Below are positions 52,708 to 63,343 of a stretch of 64,000 bases of DNA, one piece after another. The notes under the pieces were generated by a model, which was not told the origin of the DNA, ran no database searches, and saw only the letters and a program-made list of their open reading frames with translations. The position numbers were made by a program, and so were the translations under genes. Position 1 is the stretch's first letter, and every line of letters begins with the position of its first letter. The stretch is taken from positions 9,485 to 73,484 of the forward strand of contig CAVWIL010000009.1 in assembly GCA_963755045.1 (NCBI GenBank), in the 5' to 3' direction. This DNA comes from Nitrospirota bacterium (GTDB lineage: Bacteria; Nitrospirota; UBA9217).

Positions 52708-53920
52708 TCAAGCGCTCGCCGGTCCCTGTGGTTTGTTCTCGCCCTGCTGTCCCTTCTTTTTTTTGCGCCAGAACTTGCGTTTTTTCTTCCGTGCGGACGC
52801 GGTTCCTTCCTGCTGCTGTGGCTGCTGCGAATCACGTTCCTGTGGCTGCTGGCTGTTGCTGCGGCTGCTGCTTTTCCGGCTTCTGCTGCTGACTTTCCCG
52901 GGACTGCTCCGGTTTCGGCTGCTGTGCCTTCTTTTCCTGCTTCTGGTCCCTCTTCCTTTCAGTCCTGCCGCCGCCCTTCTGGCCGCCTTCCCGCTGTTTG
53001 TCCCGCCGCTGATCCTGCTGTTTGCGGTCCTCCTGGCGTCTTTTCTCCTCTGCCGCGCGGCTCTCGTCGGCTTCTTTGCGTTCCTCGGTGATACGCTGCT
53101 CCACTTCAAGCTTCTTTTCAGTGGCCGCGGCCTCGCGCATGTCTGCGAGGTCCTTTTTGTTCTCATCGTACATCCCGAACTCGTAGGAAAGGCAGCAGAG
53201 CAGCCTGCCGCAGACCCCGGAGATCTTGGCCGGGTTCAATATCATTTCCTGTTTCTTGGCCATCCGGATCGAGACCGGCTCGAAGTTCTTCAGGAACGCC
53301 GAACAACAAAGCTCCCTGCCGCAGGGACCGAACCCGCCGATCATCCGCGCAACGTCCCGGACGCCGATCTGGCGCATCTCGATCCTGCTCTTGAGCTTGT
53401 GCGCCAGGTCCTTGACCAGCTCACGGAAGTCCACCCTGGTCTCGGAAAAAAAGAAAAAAGTGGCGCGCGATGCATCAAAGGAATATTCCGCTCGGATAAG
53501 CCTCATCGGCAGTTCCCGCTCGGTAATCATGACCTGTGCAATGCTGAACGCCTCAGCTTCGCGAGCGCGGTTTTTCTTTTCCCGTGCGAGGTCCTCTTCC
53601 GTTGCCCTGCGAAGTACCTTTCGCAGCCCTCGTGGCGGCTTGGATGCGGGCGGAAAAGGCGCGGCTCCCGCCGGGGTGATTTCTTCCCCGCCTTCAATCG
53701 GCCGTTCGACTTCCTGCTCAACCCGAGGTGTCGCTTCCACGGCAAGCGGCTCCTGCATTCTCCTCATGCGGACCACCTGAGCAACGTCCAGTCCGCGGTC
53801 GGAGTCGATGATCACCTTGTCGCCCACGGCAACATTAATGTCCGTTGCGTCAAAATCATACACCTTCCAGTTATCATGAAAACGAACTCCGGCTATCCTT
53901 ATCATAGTTTCTTCTGTCAT
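52708..53920 (-). CDS. PSP1/RicT (YaaT) family protein, low-complexity tail frameshifted
   Basis: RVDFRELVKDL, RQIGVRD, GPCGRELCC, KISGVCGRLLCCL. Confidence 0.92.
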
Positions 53921-53969
53921 CGATTTTCTGTCCTGTCTTCTGTCTTCTGGCTTCTGACTGTTTCTGTGC

Positions 53970-54950
53970 TCATCCTCTCCCAAACTTGAGGAGCAGGTTC
54001 TCCGCTACAAGCTGGGCGCTCACCCGCCGGTCCAGCAGGTCCCGGCTCGCAATGAAGAGTTCCATGTCCGCAAGAAGCCGGGGAAGCGAATACTGGTCGG
54101 CAACCTGACGGTAGAGTTGTTGTGCCCGAGCATGGACGAGCAGTCGCTCTTCCCCTGTCTCCCGGTATACCAGCGTGTCCCTGAGCGCTTCAACGCCGAT
54201 CTCGATCAGGCGTCCGAGCCTTTCGCGGTCCTTCGCAAGCGCTTCCGCCAGCGACAGCGTCTCGCCGGGACCCATCTGCCCCAGCCCGGTCCAGAGCGTC
54301 GCAACCTCATCCCGGGCGGTTTTTTCCTGTTCAACGTCCATTTCGAGTCCGCGGCCCATGCTTCCCTGCGCAAGCGCCGCGATAAACCACGCGTCTTCTT
54401 CAGAGAGTCCGCGCCTTTGCGCAAGCGCCCGTGCAAGCGTGTTGCGGGGAAGCGGATGGAACGTGATCTCCTGGCAGCGCGAACGGATTGTAGAAAGAAG
54501 ACTCTGCGGCATCGCGGTTATCAGAATGATGAGAGCGTCGCCGGGAGGCTCCTCGAGTGTCTTCAAAAACGCGTTCGATGATGCCGGGTTCATGGTCTCG
54601 GCATTATCAACGATCAGTACCTTCTTCATCCCCTCGAACGGCTTGAGCGCGAAGTCGGCCTGCACCTGCCTGATCTGGTCGATCTTTATCTCGTCCCCAT
54701 CCGGGACCAGCACATGCACGTCCGGATGGCCGAGCGTCTCAACCTTGCGGCATGAAGGGCACGTGCCGCACCCGCCCTCCGGCTTCGCGTTCAGACAGTT
54801 CACCGCGGCGGCAAGGGCAAAGGCTGTCTTCTTTTTTCCGATCCCCGCCTGGCCTGAGAACAAATAGGCGTGGGCAAGGGCGTTGTTGGCGATCGCCCGC
54901 TGCAGGATTCGAATGGACTTTTCGTGTCCTTCTATCGTCGAAAACGTCAT
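53970..54950 (-). CDS. holB: DNA polymerase III delta' subunit
   Basis: HAYLFSG, CGTCPSC, HPDV, NAFLKTLEEPP, TIRSRC; follows tmk. Confidence 0.95.
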   Translation of the reverse strand: MTFSTIEGHEKSIRILQRAIANNALAHAYLFSGQAGIGKKKTAFALAAAVNCLNAKPEGGCGTCPSCRKVETLGHPDVHVLVPDGDEIKIDQIRQVQADFALKPFEGMKKVLIVDNAETMNPASSNAFLKTLEEPPGDALIILITAMPQSLLSTIRSRCQEITFHPLPRNTLARALAQRRGLSEEDAWFIAALAQGSMGRGLEMDVEQEKTARDEVATLWTGLGQMGPGETLSLAEALAKDRERLGRLIEIGVEALRDTLVYRETGEERLLVHARAQQLYRQVADQYSLPRLLADMELFIASRDLLDRRVSAQLVAENLLLKFGRG

Positions 54951-55042
54951 AATTGATAAGCTCAAACGTGTTTACAATCTACCGGATGCCCTGCGACTTA
55001 CGAATGAATAAAAATATACACAAAACGGAATAGCAGTTCAGT

Positions 55043-55187
55043 CACAGAGGTCGCCGAGTACACAGAGGACAGCGCACTGCAATTATATTAATACGAGGAG
55101 TACTCTACGCGTTGTCCTCTGTGACCTCTGAGTCCTCTGCCTGCACCCGGCGTTTATGAGTGCGCCAGCGCGAGTGCATGGCGTGGT
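55043..55187. repeat. CACAGAG/CTCTGTG palindromic element with an inserted segment
   Basis: CACAGAGG...CACAGAGGAC ... GTCCTCTGTGACCTCTGAGTCCTCTG[insert]TGGT. Confidence 0.6.
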
Positions 55188-55245
55188 AAAAAAATTTCGC
55201 TTCTCGTTCGTCCGAGTCAGGAACCGCTACCCGACCATTTCATTA

Positions 55246-55887
55246 TCAGATTCGCAACCTCTCATCAACGATCTTCCTGACCTTTGCCTGGATCGCTTCG
55301 GCCGATGAAGACGCGTCTACGACCTGGATGCGTTCGGGCTCCTGCGCAAGCAGCGCCAGGTATCCCTGCCTCACCCGCTCGTGAAAAGCAAGCTCCTCGT
55401 TCTCAAACCGCGCCTCGGCTTCAAGTCCGCGGCTATTGTTCCTCCCCCGCGCACGGGCGATTCCTGAGGCTGCTTCGATGTCAAACAGGAGGGTAAGGTC
55501 GGGACGCATCCCCGCGGTTACGATCTGGTCGAGAGCGCGGATCATCTCAATATTCAGCCCTCTCCCGTACCCCTGATACGCAAGCGTGGCGTCCGAGAAC
55601 CGATCGCAGAGAACATTCGCACCGCCCGCTAGCGCGGGCACGATGATTTCGCGCAAATGCTGGGCCCTGCTGGCGGCATACAGGAGGAGTTCCGCTGCGG
55701 GATCGAGAACTCTGTTCGCCGGGTCAAGCAGGATCTTCCGTATTTGATCGCCGATCAGCGTCCCGCCCGGCTCCCGGGTGAGCACATACCGCACTCCCCT
55801 GGCGGTAAGATAGTTCGCAAGCAACGCAATCTGAGTGGACTTGCCTGAACCTTCGATGCCCTCGAAGGTGATGAAAGTTCCTTTCAT
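55246..55887 (-). CDS. tmk: Thymidylate kinase
   Basis: FITFEGIEGSGKSTQ, TREPGG, CDRF, AYQGYGR. Confidence 0.98.
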   Translation of the reverse strand: MKGTFITFEGIEGSGKSTQIALLANYLTARGVRYVLTREPGGTLIGDQIRKILLDPANRVLDPAAELLLYAASRAQHLREIIVPALAGGANVLCDRFSDATLAYQGYGRGLNIEMIRALDQIVTAGMRPDLTLLFDIEAASGIARARGRNNSRGLEAEARFENEELAFHERVRQGYLALLAQEPERIQVVDASSSAEAIQAKVRKIVDERLRI

Positions 55888-57792
55888 TTATTTGAGCTCC
55901 GCAACGGCATCTCCCTCTGCCCTGAGCGCGGGGTTGGAGGTGAACAAGATCACCTGGGTCTTCGCACCCAGGGCGCGAAGGACCTGGCATGCGGCCTTCT
56001 GCCTCGCTGGATCGAATTCTGCGAGCGAATCATCGAGAATGAACGGAAATCGCCTTTTCCCGGCAAGCGCCTCGACCAGACCGGTCCTGAGACAGAAGGT
56101 GATCAGGCTCCTGGTCCCGTGGCTCAGTTCCGAGTAAGCCACCACCGAGTCGTCGTTGGCATGCACGATCGGATCGCCATCATGGCCGGCCTCGAGCCTT
56201 ACATACCTGCCCGCGGTAACTGCAATCAGGCTCCTCTGGGCCGCCGCTTCAACCGCCGGGACAAGCGTCTCCATCTCGATCCCTCCCACCCGGCTTGCGA
56301 TGCTGAGTTCCGCAAGGAATCCACCATGACTGCCGCCTGCCGAAAAATCATCAGAATCTGAGGGCAGATGCTGCGCTTCAGCACCGAAATCCCACGACGT
56401 CCCCGCGGATGCGGCGGATGCTTCGGATTCCAGCCGTTCAATATCCTGACGAATGCTGTAGGTGTCCACATTAAATTGAGCGAGTGCCTGCGCCGCCTTT
56501 TCCAGTTCCACGATCTCCCGCTGCTGATCCTCACACTGCTGCTGGAGAATTTCCAGGGTAAGATCCCCAAGGCTGCGCTGTCGCTGCTCTTCAAGATCGG
56601 CCCTGAGGGAGAGAAAATAGCGGTAGTTCTCTGCCTTTTCTTTAAGCTCGGCCGTCGATGTAGCCATTGTCGAGAGCATATAGGTCGTTAGGGTCGCCCC
56701 TTCCTGTTGAAAACGTTTTTCAAGTTCAGCGAGTTCTTGCTTCAGGTGTTCCTCTTCCTTCAGATACTGCCTGCGCCGCGCATCCTTCCGGGAGCCGAAA
56801 TACCACGCGCCCGCCATCAACGCGAGTGCAAGAAGGACTCCACCGGCCAGGATGTAATAGGCCATGTCCCCGGTCAGCACAAATCCCCCGAGGATGACCG
56901 ACAGGACGCCCAGGACGCAGCCGGTGATGAACAACTTGTCCGAGATAAAGACGAACGGAGGTATTGCCGCCCGCTGCATCTTCAGCCCATCGATCCGTTT
57001 GTTGAGCTCATCGGCATCAGCCAGCTTTTGGCCCAGACGCCGCTCCTGGGCCTCGATGAGCGCGCCAAGGTCATCGGGTATCGCCTCGTACGCCTTGAGC
57101 GCCTTAAGCGATGACTCCAGCTCTGCCTTTTTCCTCCCGAGCTCGTCGAGGGAGGTGGTTTTTTTTCTGTTCTCTTCCAGTGCAAGCTTGACGGATTGAT
57201 ACTTGTACTCGGCATCCGCGGCCTCCTCCGCCTTGCGAAGGGACTCACGAAGTACGGCGAGCCTTTCCTGATTTCCGGAGGTCTTTCGAACTGCGGGTGG
57301 AACCGGCGTGCTCGGCGCCGAACGAAGCAATGCGGCTGAATTAAACCTTCCCGGTCGGACTGGCTGCTCCCGCTGAAAAACAAAAATTCTGGAAAAGTCC
57401 TCTGCGGTAATCCCGGCGGTCAATTCGGCCATGAACCGAGCGGCGCTTTCCCAGTCCTTATGCAGAAGGCTGAATTCCTTGCTCGTTGGATTGTATTGAG
57501 AAATGTTTACGACGCGTTTTGAGAAATCCTGGATGATTCGGTAGTAATCATTGTCAGCGGAACACATCACAAGTGCCGCGCGTGATGCGTCGGGCGTGTG
57601 CCGGGATACCATGCTATCAAGGGCTCCGGCCTGATTGATGGGGAACAGCAGGCGCTGCATGGCGGCCACTGCCGTGGTCTTTCCCGATTCATTACCGGCA
57701 ATGACAAGGTTGAATCCACCCTTGAACCTCAACCGGGTAGGTTCACGAAATCCCCGCACACCTTGCAAAACAAGCTCCACCAGGAACATCAA
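55888..57792 (-). CDS. Rad50/SMC-like (YhaN-type) coiled-coil ATPase with two TM helices
   Basis: Walker A GNESGKTT, long coiled coil, LSHGT signature, FILDD Walker B. Confidence 0.78.
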   Translation of the reverse strand: MMFLVELVLQGVRGFREPTRLRFKGGFNLVIAGNESGKTTAVAAMQRLLFPINQAGALDSMVSRHTPDASRAALVMCSADNDYYRIIQDFSKRVVNISQYNPTSKEFSLLHKDWESAARFMAELTAGITAEDFSRIFVFQREQPVRPGRFNSAALLRSAPSTPVPPAVRKTSGNQERLAVLRESLRKAEEAADAEYKYQSVKLALEENRKKTTSLDELGRKKAELESSLKALKAYEAIPDDLGALIEAQERRLGQKLADADELNKRIDGLKMQRAAIPPFVFISDKLFITGCVLGVLSVILGGFVLTGDMAYYILAGGVLLALALMAGAWYFGSRKDARRRQYLKEEEHLKQELAELEKRFQQEGATLTTYMLSTMATSTAELKEKAENYRYFLSLRADLEEQRQRSLGDLTLEILQQQCEDQQREIVELEKAAQALAQFNVDTYSIRQDIERLESEASAASAGTSWDFGAEAQHLPSDSDDFSAGGSHGGFLAELSIASRVGGIEMETLVPAVEAAAQRSLIAVTAGRYVRLEAGHDGDPIVHANDDSVVAYSELSHGTRSLITFCLRTGLVEALAGKRRFPFILDDSLAEFDPARQKAACQVLRALGAKTQVILFTSNPALRAEGDAVAELK

Positions 57793-57866
57793 TCAGGCTC
57801 CTTTTCTCAATTAATTTGGCACTATAACGCAAGTAGGCTAAAGTTGCAACAGGGAAAACGGCTCCA

Positions 57867-59393
57867 TCACAGCGTCTCCAGCGCCTTCTTGAGCGCCTCG
57901 GCCTTCTGGAGGGTCTCATAGTATTCCTGTTCGGGAACGGAATCCGCAACGATCCCCGCCCCGACCTGGATGTGAGCGATCCCGTCCTTCACGACAAAGG
58001 TCCTGATGATGATGTTCAGGTCCATGTCGCCGGCGTTCGATAGGTACCCGATGGAGCCGGTATAGGGTCCGCGTGCCATGGGTTCAAGCTCGTCGATGAT
58101 CTCCATACAGCGGACTTTGGGTACACCCGTGATCGTGCCTCCCGGGAAAACGGCACGGACCAGGTCGAAGGCATCACGTCCCCGCGCAAGCGTACCCCGG
58201 ACATTCGAGACGATGTGAATAACATGGGAGTAATCCTCCACTGCCATCATCTCGTCCACCCGCACCGTGCCATACTCGCACACCCTGCCCAAGTCATTCC
58301 TCTCGAGATCGAGCAGCATGATGTGCTCCGCTCTCTCCTTTTCGTTCGTCAGGAGCTCCACGGAAAGCGCACTCGTTTCCGTTCCATCCCTTCCCCTCCT
58401 GCGCGTACCCGCGATCGGCCTCGTATCGGCAATACCGTTATAAAGCCGGACCAGACGCTCGGGGGAAGAGCCCACCAGCTGCAGGTCGCCGAAATCGAGG
58501 TACGTGGCAAACGATGATGGATTGATATCTCGCAGAATTGTGTATAAACGCAGCGTGTCCGCATCATCGATCGATGCCGAGAGCCGCTGAGACAGGTTCG
58601 CCTGATAGATGTCCCCTGCCGCAATATATTCCTTGCATTGCACGACCATGGACTCGAATTGGTCTTTCGTCATGTTCGGAGCAAGGATAAAACTCCCCGG
58701 AACGCTTTTTTCAGGGAGCTGAACAGTGCCCTCGTTAACCTTTGCGGCGAGCTTTGAGCTCAGAGCTATAATCTTATTTTTTGCTTCATCATAGAGCCTG
58801 CCCCACTGGTCCCGCTCCGGTTTCCGAAAGCCCATTTCCTGTTCCCGTGCTCCCGGATTGACGATCACCCACGCCTTTTCCAGGATATGATCAAAGGCAA
58901 CAACCATATCCACGAACACGAAATACGCCTCAGGGATGTCCAGCTCAATCCGCGCCCTGCGTGGAAGCTTCTCGATCTGGTGCACAAAATCGTATGAGAA
59001 GAACCCCACTGCACCTCCGGTGAAAGGGGGCAGGCCGTCAACCCGCGTTGTCCGGTAATTGGCGAGAAGCTCACGAAGCTTCACGAGCGGCTTTCGTTTC
59101 ATGGACGCCCGCCTTCCGTATTTGCCTGTGGGCGTGACCGGCAGACTGAGTTCCACATCGTCCCCGCGGGACCGGAAGATCAGGTAGGGTTCCGCCGTAA
59201 CGAACGAATACCGTCCGATCTTGTCGTTCACCCGGGCGCTTTCGAGAAGAACGGGATAGCCTTCCCCCCTGATGGCCTCAAGCGCGGAAAGCGGCGTCAG
59301 TCCCGGCAGGTCGAGTTCGGCTGAAAGGGGCAGCAGTTTCCCGGACTGAACGGCATCGAGAAAATAGTTTTTTGAGGGCTTGATTGTATGCAT
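57867..59393 (-). CDS. Aminodeoxychorismate/anthranilate synthase component I family
   Basis: LLESA, GDIYQANLS, SSPERL, PIAGT, FPGGTITGVPK, GAGIVADS. Confidence 0.92.
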   Translation of the reverse strand: MHTIKPSKNYFLDAVQSGKLLPLSAELDLPGLTPLSALEAIRGEGYPVLLESARVNDKIGRYSFVTAEPYLIFRSRGDDVELSLPVTPTGKYGRRASMKRKPLVKLRELLANYRTTRVDGLPPFTGGAVGFFSYDFVHQIEKLPRRARIELDIPEAYFVFVDMVVAFDHILEKAWVIVNPGAREQEMGFRKPERDQWGRLYDEAKNKIIALSSKLAAKVNEGTVQLPEKSVPGSFILAPNMTKDQFESMVVQCKEYIAAGDIYQANLSQRLSASIDDADTLRLYTILRDINPSSFATYLDFGDLQLVGSSPERLVRLYNGIADTRPIAGTRRRGRDGTETSALSVELLTNEKERAEHIMLLDLERNDLGRVCEYGTVRVDEMMAVEDYSHVIHIVSNVRGTLARGRDAFDLVRAVFPGGTITGVPKVRCMEIIDELEPMARGPYTGSIGYLSNAGDMDLNIIIRTFVVKDGIAHIQVGAGIVADSVPEQEYYETLQKAEALKKALETL

Positions 59394-59536
59394 GCTGAAA
59401 TGGGGAAATTCTAAAGGCAATTCATTAACTGGTCAAGACAATTCTCAAAAAAAATTCCACACAATAACGAAGGATGTGGTATACTATAATTAGAAAGACG
59501 TAGTGATCTTTCTAAAGAAACGCACGAAGTTCACAG

Positions 59537-59849
59537 GGCGTTGCCGGACCATCACCGACTAGGTGTAGAGATGATAGCCCGTTTTGAGGGGAATAAGGCA
59601 CCGTGTTGGACAGAGAGCCGAAACCGGTAAGAAGTCTGCAAGTTGAGCGGTCATTCACTGGTTGCTTCACAGGCTTCTATAAACATGGAAGAGCCGAAAG
59701 CCCCGAAGTCGAAGGATAGTGCGGGAAGAAAGGAACAATGAGCTTCACAGGGTCTGCTGAGCAGAGCCATAGAAGCAGCCATTGAAATCCCGCAGAGAAT
59801 CCCCGGCTCAACGGAATATCAGTAACGGTCCGCAGGCAACGCCTTTTTT
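59537..59849 (+). ncRNA. Candidate structured non-coding RNA, family not recognised
   Basis: Paired termini GGCGTTGCC/GGCAACGCC plus T-run, nested stems, repeated modules, upstream TATACT/TATAAT box. Confidence 0.55.
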
Positions 59850-59974
59850 ATTTTCATCCTCTCTCCTGGGGGCCACCCTAGCTCCCGATACGGGAATCAC
59901 GCTGAAACACTTAATCTTTCGCTCGACAAGAATAGAAAATTATTTTAAACTGTATCTTCATAAGGAGATCGGCC

Positions 59975-60367
59975 ATGAACCATGCCATGGACGTTAAGAT
60001 CTATTACGAGGACACGGACTGCGGCGGAGTCGTATACTATGCCAACTACCTGCGCTACATGGAGCGTGCGCGGACCGAGTACCTTGCCTCCAGGGGCCAT
60101 TCGGTCAAAATGCTGATGGATCAAGGCACGATCTTCATGGTGTTCCGCGTCGAGATCGACTACAAAGCGCCGGCCCGTTACGGAGACACGATCGAGATCG
60201 AAACATGGGTCAGAGACGCGACACGGGCCACGATGATATTCGAGCATGTGATGCGGGAAAAGATGTCCCGTCGCGTTTTGGTCGAATGCAGGGCAAAGGT
60301 CGTTGCTGTCGATGCGAACGCAAGACCTAAACGCCTGCCCGACGAGTACGTGGAAAAGATAAAGTGA
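59975..60367 (+). CDS. YbgC/FadM family acyl-CoA thioesterase
   Basis: IYYEDTDCGGVVYYANYLRYMERARTE. Confidence 0.93.
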   Translation: MNHAMDVKIYYEDTDCGGVVYYANYLRYMERARTEYLASRGHSVKMLMDQGTIFMVFRVEIDYKAPARYGDTIEIETWVRDATRATMIFEHVMREKMSRRVLVECRAKVVAVDANARPKRLPDEYVEKIK

Positions 60368-60467
60368 CATTCTCTTTTACGAAGGAGAAAATGAATCGCC
60401 GTTACTCAACCACCGCCTCCTGCTTTCTTTGCGGGTTCACCGGTATGTGTGATAAAAGATACTGTCC

Positions 60468-61199
60468 ATGACTTCCTCAACCCTTGACAGCATCTCGCTC
60501 CGCAACGCCGGCGTGGTGAGCATTGCTCAACCGAAAAAAGGTTTCCGTTTTACACTGGACAGTCTTCTTCTCGCCGATTTTTGCAGCATTAAACCTCTTT
60601 GCCGCATTCTCGAACCGGGCTCGGGAACCGGGATCATTTCAATTCTGCTTGCACGAAAATTTCCAAAAGCGCGGATCATTGCCTCTGAAATAGAACCACA
60701 GGCATTCAACCTCCTTTGCCAAAATATACAGCATAATGGTCTTGTTGATATTATCATGCCTCTTGAGCAGGACATTCGATATCTGGGCCGGTCTATTGCG
60801 CCGGACTTTTTTGATGTCATTATCGCCAATCCACCCTATATCAAATACGGGACCGGTCGAAAAAGCCCCTCCCGGGAACGACAAACCGCACGTCAGGACG
60901 TGACCACATCGCTAGCGCACTGGCTCGACCTCCAGACCTTTTTAAAGGACAAGGGCAAATATTTCCTCGTCTTTCCCGCAAGCCGCGCAGCAGAAATGAT
61001 GTCATTATTGCGAAAGAGAGGGATGGAACCAAAGCGCCTCCGGTGTGTGCATCCCTTTCAGGAAAAACCTGCGTCGCTTGTGTTGATTGAAGCAATAAAA
61101 ACAAAGGGGGTTGGTCTTGAAATCCTGCCGCCGCTGGTCGTTCATGAACAGGGTGGTGGCTATTCGAAAGAGATGCGGGAGATATACGGGCTGGGATGA
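60468..61199 (+). CDS. tRNA1(Val) adenine-N6 methyltransferase-like (YfiC/YabB family)
   Basis: QPKKGFRFTLDSLLL, EPGSGTG, NPPY. Confidence 0.85.
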   Translation: MTSSTLDSISLRNAGVVSIAQPKKGFRFTLDSLLLADFCSIKPLCRILEPGSGTGIISILLARKFPKARIIASEIEPQAFNLLCQNIQHNGLVDIIMPLEQDIRYLGRSIAPDFFDVIIANPPYIKYGTGRKSPSRERQTARQDVTTSLAHWLDLQTFLKDKGKYFLVFPASRAAEMMSLLRKRGMEPKRLRCVHPFQEKPASLVLIEAIKTKGVGLEILPPLVVHEQGGGYSKEMREIYGLG

Positions 61200-61572
61200 A
61201 GCCGCCCAGGACAATATTGTGTCTAAAGACGCCTTCATCAGGAATTCAGCCCATGCTCATCCCTTTTTTTTGTAACTGCCCAGGTCGGTTGCACTGCGCA
61301 GTCGCAATTCGAGATCGCTTGCACAGCTTTGAAATTGTTACCATAAATGCGACCAGGGTATAAGGTTTAGCCATTAAAAAAAGGGGGAATTGTGGATATA
61401 ATGCGAAAAGGACTATTTTAATGCCAAACAAAGGTTGCTTTTATTTAAAAAAAGTGAGATAATGATAAATATAAGAATGTAAAAGGTCACAGAAGATCAA
61501 ACCAGAAAGGCCACAAAGACAGGCGTCTTTGCGGCTTTTCCATTTGGGATGTTATCATCAGAAAGGGGCACC

Positions 61573-61959
61573 ATGGCGATTAAACAAAATTACAAGGAAA
61601 AGCTGGAATTGAAGAGAAATATCATGCTTGCTGCCGGTCTGGTCTCCGAACGGTTTCCTGCGGTTGCCAACATCATGTTTCGCATGACCTATTACCAGAG
61701 GACGGCGGACCCTATCCTGATGAAGCGCACGATAAGTTTTTCTCCAACTAATTATGCCTGTTTTCATCTTGAATGTATGCGGGAAGAATGCTCTGACGGC
61801 GGTTTTGACCTGACGCCGGTGGTTGCCAGTCTGGTTAAAAACAACAAGAAATCTGTATCAGGCAAAATCGTCTGCAATGGGAAAAGCGATGATCTCCGAC
61901 ACGGCCATGCCAGTATCGCCTATGAGGTCAGTGTCCAGTACAACAAGCCTCCTAAATAA
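61573..61959 (+). CDS. Hypothetical protein
   Basis: 128 aa with GLVSERFP and CMREECSDGGFDL; purine-rich RBS. Confidence 0.7.
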   Translation: MAIKQNYKEKLELKRNIMLAAGLVSERFPAVANIMFRMTYYQRTADPILMKRTISFSPTNYACFHLECMREECSDGGFDLTPVVASLVKNNKKSVSGKIVCNGKSDDLRHGHASIAYEVSVQYNKPPK

Positions 61960-62102
61960 GGCGTATCTCTTCCTTCCCCGCAGGTTCCTCAAAATCTACA
62001 TTTCTCCTCCCCGCGGTCATATCCGGGCCGCGTGCTGTTTTTCTCTTGCCTCTTGACTTTCTGCTACCCTTTGCCTATTCTCTTTAACATAATCCGTTAA
62101 CG

Positions 62103-63206
62103 ATGCCGATCTTTAAACACATAGCCTTGATTGTCATACTGATCGTCTTTCACCACTCTCTGGCTGTCCCGGCAAACGGCGAAGAGATGTCCACTACAGC
62201 TACGACCACGCAGCAACAGGAGTCGCAAACACTACGAGAACAGCCTTCGGAAACTGAGAAACAAGCAACTGCCCCGCTTATCGAAACCATTCAATCATCC
62301 CCCTCGGATACGTCATTGGAACCCGATTTCATCGGCCCGAAGATGGGATTTATTGATGAGCTGCACGGCGAAATATCCGAGCGGCTTCTTACCACTGCGA
62401 CCTGGCTTGACTCCTTTTTTTCGGACGATCGGTACATAAAGGAGGAAAACCGCTCATATATACGGGTCCGGTATGATTTCTTCAAAGAAGAAAGATCGGG
62501 CCCTACATATAAGCCGGCGTTTGACATACGCCTGGCACTTCCGCAGTTGGAGAGGAAGGCACACGTCGTCGTATCGGCAGAGCCTGCTGAAACTCCTGCC
62601 ACAACTCCGGTTCTGCCGAGTGCCACCACCGAACGCATCGGAACGACAGAGCGTAATGTTACAACTGCTGTCCATTATACGCTTCGTGCCACGGCGGAGC
62701 AAAACTTCATTGTGAGGAGCGGAGCACAGTTCACTCATGGTTCGCCCGCGTTGTTTATCGCGCCACGATACCGGTATTTTCGCCCGCTCAATACATGGGA
62801 CTTCCGGTTCACCCAGGAGGCAATCTGGAACACGCTCACAAGGTGGCAGGTGAACACGGTCTTCGATCTCGAGCGGCAGCTTCCTTACGAGCTCTTCTTC
62901 CGCACAAGCGTCGGCGGCTCCTGGATCGAAACCAGCAGGGGTTATTTCTACGGCCTCAGTTTTTCGCTGCGCCAACCGCTTGACGCGAAACGCGCCCTGG
63001 AATACGAATGGAGCAACGCTTTTCAGACCAGGCCGGTCGGCGAATTATTGGAAGTCGTATTCAGGGTGCGCTACCGCCAGAGCTTCTTGCGGGAATGGTT
63101 CTTTTTCGAAATTGCCCCCCAGTACCGCTTCCCGCGGGATAGGGATTACATCGGCACTCCCGGAATCCTGTTTAGGATCGAAATGTTTTTCGGGCGAAAG
63201 AGATAG
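62103..63206 (+). CDS. Hypothetical exported protein, probable outer-membrane beta-barrel
   Basis: Signal peptide, WLDSFF, amphipathic beta strands, C-terminal RIEMFFG. Confidence 0.7.
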   Translation: MPIFKHIALIVILIVFHHSLAVPANGEEMSTTATTTQQQESQTLREQPSETEKQATAPLIETIQSSPSDTSLEPDFIGPKMGFIDELHGEISERLLTTATWLDSFFSDDRYIKEENRSYIRVRYDFFKEERSGPTYKPAFDIRLALPQLERKAHVVVSAEPAETPATTPVLPSATTERIGTTERNVTTAVHYTLRATAEQNFIVRSGAQFTHGSPALFIAPRYRYFRPLNTWDFRFTQEAIWNTLTRWQVNTVFDLERQLPYELFFRTSVGGSWIETSRGYFYGLSFSLRQPLDAKRALEYEWSNAFQTRPVGELLEVVFRVRYRQSFLREWFFFEIAPQYRFPRDRDYIGTPGILFRIEMFFGRKR

Positions 63207-63343
63207 AGCAGGAAAGTGAAGCTTGCTCGCGTTCAAGGCAGGGTATGCGGAATGGTTTTCAATGAGCGGATCAGAACGCGGATGAAAAGCCAAAGACCAG
63301 TGACCGTCGGAATGCTTAATAGAGACTCTCGGACTGAAAAACA

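Noticed and set aside
59537-59849. RNase P, SRP or tmRNA identity for the RNA candidate
   Set aside because: Only short look-alikes (AGAATCCCCGGCTCA, GAAGCAGCC); the GAGGAAAGTCC strand, the SRP GNRA helix context and tRNA-like ends are missing.
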